64,000 bases of DNA. Source: Phoronis australis (lineage: Eukaryota; Animalia; Phoronida). The notes under the pieces are model-generated. The model worked only from the letters and a program-made list of their open reading frames with translations. It ran no database searches and was not told where the DNA came from. The translations under genes and the position numbers were made by a program. The DNA lies in contig NMRA01000261.1 in NCBI GenBank assembly GCA_002633005.1, positions 310,001-374,000 on the forward strand. Reading direction: 5' to 3'. Shown here piece by piece: positions 61,601-64,000 of the stretch; the stretch's first letter is position 1; each line of letters starts with the position of its first letter.

Positions 61601-62913
61601 TAAAGAAATCAGGACCTTGATGAATTTTAATGAAGCAACATGCTTGATGTTTGATTAAAAATGCAAACTAATGCACATTGCATATCTCAAAATTCGATTA
61701 TTTGAAAAGTGTGGCCCCATATATCCGCAAGTCATATAAAGTGAACTTTTTCAATGTCAAACCTACGTATAGTGGAAACATCAATACTATCATGTAGCAA
61801 CACTGTAACTGAATAAATATAAATTCTCAATAAAAGCAGCATGAATAATTATAATCACACTCAACAACTCGTAATTTCCGATATCATTATTTGTTTTCAT
61901 TTTTTTGCAAAGATTTGATATCCTTCAGATAATTTAGAATCTTGACACTAGTTGTTAAAAGGATGTTGTGGGTGAGAAAAGTGAATTTCTGAGATCAGAC
62001 TCAGCCTGGAATCGAATCTGAACTCTCACAGACCAAATATTGCACTCGGTCATTGGCCAAGTACTTTAATGTTGATGTTAAAGTCAGCGGTCTCAAGTTT
62101 AGCGAACATTTGGTAGAAAATGGTGAAAATTAGCAATTTGTAATAAAATCACAACACATCAGATTTTGTTATTTCAAAGCTCTGGTCAAAGCCAATAACT
62201 ACAAGAAGTCTACACAATCTAACGATAATCCCAAAAATCCAAAAATGTGTTTTTCGGCCATAAAAGCGATAACGTCCCCACTGGCTGAATAACAAGTTAG
62301 TATAAGAAAATAAAAAAATAGGAAATTACTCAAAGAACACACATTAGGAAAGGGGAATTTAATGCGTAAATGAACAAGGAAGAAATATGCATTAAGTTAC
62401 AGATGAATTATATTTTGCCAGCATAACGGCATCTCCTCCTACAGTTGAAACATGAGAATCGTTCCGATTCATCAAAAATGGTCTAAAAAATTCCTTGCAA
62501 TTTCTGCCACCAAAAGAAATAAAAACACGACCTGGCGTGAATTAGCTAAATTTTGGAAGCTGGTTGCAGTCAAAGTGTCATTTCGAAGATACAAATCATT
62601 TTCTGTCAAGGTATGGTAAGACTGAAGAATATTTTGAGTGCTTGAGTAACCAGATTATTTTATAGAAAATGGGCAAGAACAAAACGTCACTTAAAGGGTT
62701 CTAACTGAGCCTTTTTCTAATTACTGAGGTTGCAGTTCACGATTAGCAAATGTGTGGTATAGAATCTAAACAATGCTAATTTTCTTCAATCTGCAGAAAA
62801 AACAGTGAAAAAATTAGGCTGTACCAGTCGGTGAAAGTAAAATGTGAAGAGAAGCTGGGGGATAGTTACCTGTATCAAACTCTTCCAAAGATGTTTCTCG
62901 TCTTCGCTTATCT
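40548..62913 (-). CDS. SIDT1: SID-1 transmembrane family member (SIDT1/2-like; CHUP-1/cholesterol-uptake group, CREST superfamily), 3' exons; N-terminal ectodomain exons lie beyond the window
   Basis: Exons 62913-62870 (tentative), 58580-58438, 57862-57789, 56408-56342, 55754-55606, 54961-54913, 54421-54304, 52469-52333, 50938-50830, 49928-49861, 49587-49541, [46986-46881 or 45825-45720], 43119-43009, 41541-41428, 40610-40548. All are GT-AG and phase-consistent. Hallmarks: [88 protein letters not shown]....[19 protein letters not shown]...RDRIPVF*. Confidence 0.95.
41428..41541 (-). CDS. SIDT1: SIDT exon [38 protein letters not shown]
   Basis: 114 nt, AG/GT, HxxxH motif. Confidence 0.95.
43009..43119 (-). 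CDS. SIDT1: SIDT exon [37 protein letters not shown]
   Basis: 111 nt, AG/GT. Confidence 0.92.
44135..45342 (+). mobile_element. Helentron-associated (HINE/DINE-1-like) non-autonomous element with internal tandem array
   Basis: Begins aacaagag. Subterminal inverted repeat atgcgcccaca / tgtgggcgcat, ~150-bp monomers in a ~451-bp higher-order unit, (GGAC)n microsatellite, terminal hairpin atgcgtccacatat-aa-atatgtgggcgcat, A-rich end. Confidence 0.8.
45720..45825 (-). CDS. SIDT1: SIDT mutually exclusive exon B ([35 protein letters not shown])
   Basis: 106 nt, gatttcag acceptor, AAG|gtctgt donor, phase 2-0. Confidence 0.8.
46881..46986 (-). CDS. SIDT1: SIDT mutually exclusive exon A ([35 protein letters not shown])
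   Basis: 106 nt, ttgttgtag acceptor, AAG|gtatgt donor, phase 2-0. Confidence 0.88.
49541..49587 (-). CDS. SIDT1: SIDT exon [15 protein letters not shown](L)
   Basis: 47 nt, tttttag / gtaagt. Confidence 0.9.
49861..49928 (-). CDS. SIDT1: SIDT exon (D)[22 protein letters not shown]
   Basis: 68 nt, tttgcag / gtaagt. Confidence 0.9.
50096..50258 (-). repeat. 34-bp minisatellite built from a tRNA/SINE T-arm-like sequence
   Basis: About 5 units, - strand GTGYTTGGGACCCCATGGGTCCAGGTTCAATYCC. Confidence 0.9.
50830..50938 (-). CDS. SIDT1: SIDT exon [36 protein letters not shown]
   Basis: 109 nt, poly-T ccag / gtaagg. Confidence 0.92.
51704..52037. mobile_element. Pair of foldback MITE-like fragments, one with a tRNA-like B-box
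   Basis: 51704-51748 inverted at 51811-51856; 51737-51795 inverted at ~51978-52037; internal cctgggttcgagtccc. Confidence 0.6.
52333..52469 (-). CDS. SIDT1: SIDT exon (D)[45 protein letters not shown]
   Basis: 137 nt, ctgcag / gtatgt. Confidence 0.93.
54304..54421 (-). CDS. SIDT1: SIDT exon [39 protein letters not shown]
   Basis: 118 nt, ttccag / gtgcgt; SxxxH motif. Confidence 0.95.
54913..54961 (-). CDS. SIDT1: SIDT exon (R)[16 protein letters not shown]
   Basis: 49 nt, ttttgcag / gtaagt; bridges phase 2 to 0. Confidence 0.82.
55606..55754 (-). CDS. SIDT1: SIDT exon [49 protein letters not shown]
   Basis: 149 nt, tttcag / gtgagc. Confidence 0.95.
56342..56408 (-). CDS. SIDT1: SIDT exon [22 protein letters not shown]
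   Basis: 67 nt, gtttcag / gtaacg. Confidence 0.93.
57311..57620. repeat. 76-bp minisatellite, 4 copies
   Basis: GGTAAAAATGCTAAGTCTCCATATACAACAAG... at 57311, 57392, 57468, 57544. Confidence 0.95.
57651..57805. repeat. 23-bp tandem repeat overlapping a SIDT splice donor
   Basis: TATCTTACCTGTGATAAAGTTTG-like units, about 6-7 copies. Confidence 0.85.
57789..57862 (-). CDS. SIDT1: SIDT exon [24 protein letters not shown]
   Basis: 74 nt, tttacag / gtaaga. Confidence 0.92.
58015..58130. repeat. 27-bp minisatellite (CCATGCACTCCTGACTAATACAACAGA)
   Basis: About 4 copies. Confidence 0.9.
58201..58333 (+). repeat. GA-rich purine tract (GGGA/GAGA)n
   Basis: Low-complexity polypurine run. Confidence 0.9.
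58438..58580 (-). CDS. SIDT1: SIDT cytosolic-loop exon ...[27 protein letters not shown]
   Basis: 143 nt, ttgcag / gtgact; acidic loop ending in K.I.RTK as in SIDT proteins. Confidence 0.88.
59305..60580. repeat. ~636-bp tandem duplication separated by N59941 (probable haplotype overlap)
   Basis: 59305-59940 vs 59944-60580 near-identical. Confidence 0.85.
62870..62913 (-). CDS. SIDT1: Probable SIDT loop exon [14 protein letters not shown]
   Basis: 44 nt, ttattacag / CAG|gtaact; ends in phase 1, compatible with exon 58580; low-conservation region. Confidence 0.55.
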
Positions 62914-62936
62914 CTGTAATAATAAATAAATGATAA

Positions 62937-63830
62937 TGAGTATCTACCAGTGTTATACACAGCAAATGTTATGACAAGTGATCACTGTCAAATAATGAGC
63001 ATGACATTGAGTATCTACCAGACGAGTGTTATACACAGCGAATGTTATGACAAGTGATCACAATCAAATAACGAGCATGATATTGAGTGTCTACCAGACG
63101 AGTGTTATACACAGCGAATGTTATGACAAGTGATCACTGTCAAATAACGAGCATGACATTGAGTATCTACCAGACGAGTGTTATACACAACGAATGTTAT
63201 GACAAGTGATCACAATTAAAAAACGAGCATGATATTGAGTATCTACCAGTGTTATACACAGCAAATGTTATGACAAGTGATCACTGTCAAATAATGAGCA
63301 TGATATTGAGTATCTACCACTGATATACATAAAGAATGTCACAACTTGTGATAAGTGTGTAATGATAAGCAAATGATATCGAGTATCAACCAGTGTTATG
63401 TCATGACCAGTGATAATTGTGTAATAATAAGCAAGTATCTAGCATTGCTATATATAATGAATGTTATTATGACTATAGTGATAACTATGTAATCATAAGT
63501 GTGGACTAGTTTTATAGGAGCCCGCTTTCTTTACTCACGGTTGTGGGTTCGAGTCCCACTGGGTCACACTGCTAAACCCTTGAGTCAGGTTTCTAGCACT
63601 TTAGCTCAGTTTTAACTATATATTCATAACGCATAAAAATGGTTTAGGTGATCAGTGCAATGGGCCCACAAGCGCAACATGCGCACGTCTGTAGCAGACC
63701 GCCTGCAGTTTATAGCGATTATCTACCAGTGTTATGCACTATGACTGTCAAGACTATTGGTAACTGTGTAATAAAAACTATGACATAGAGTATCTTCCAG
63801 CTTTTCTCAATAAATGTCGTGACTATTGGT
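62937..63830. repeat. 71/76-bp minisatellite, degenerating rightwards
   Basis: GAGTATCTACCAG(ACGAG)TGTTATACACAGC... at 62941, 63012, 63088, 63164, 63240, 63311, then decayed units. Confidence 0.9.
63517..63610 (+). mobile_element. tRNA-derived SINE fragment inserted in the minisatellite
   Basis: ggttgtgggttcgagtcccac B-box/T-arm followed by cccttgagtcagg; no complete cloverleaf. Confidence 0.5.
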
Positions 63831-64000
63831 TACAGATTTAATTTCTATTGCCAAATCCATTATAATTTCAAACTCAGAGCTTCTCACTAGGTAACTTAAA
63901 GTTGCTGAGGTCTTGTTTTCTAAAACTTTCGATTCTTGGTTTTGAACTGTTTGTAATTGAAACTGGACAAGATTGTTTGAATTTTCCCAAAATTTTTATA

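Overview
AT-rich, intron-containing animal genomic DNA. It is probably from a marine invertebrate such as a lophotrochozoan; this is an inference from the repeat types and the NR1J-like receptor. Three spliced protein-coding genes can be rebuilt by hand with GT-AG introns and consistent phases. (1) The last three exons of a PAP2-family, sphingosine-1-phosphate phosphatase-like gene lie on + (385-3032). (2) A complete 3-exon, ~335-aa NR1J/HR96/VDR-group nuclear receptor lies on - (22994-9821), with an atypical P-box, a shortened D-box and a single-exon ligand-binding domain. (3) The 3' portion of a SID-1/SIDT (CREST superfamily) transmembrane gene lies on - (>=62913-40548). The best-supported unusual feature is a pair of duplicated 106-nt SIDT exons (46881-46986 and 45720-45825) whose phases force mutually exclusive splicing of one transmembrane segment. 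The next intron holds a Helentron/HINE-like element with seven co-oriented CTCF-like motifs. The rest consists of MITEs with readable TIRs/TSDs, a rearranged LINE relic, minisatellites and three N-flanked duplications that look like assembly artefacts. Most ORFs in the supplied track are spurious. All family assignments come from motif recognition, not database searches.
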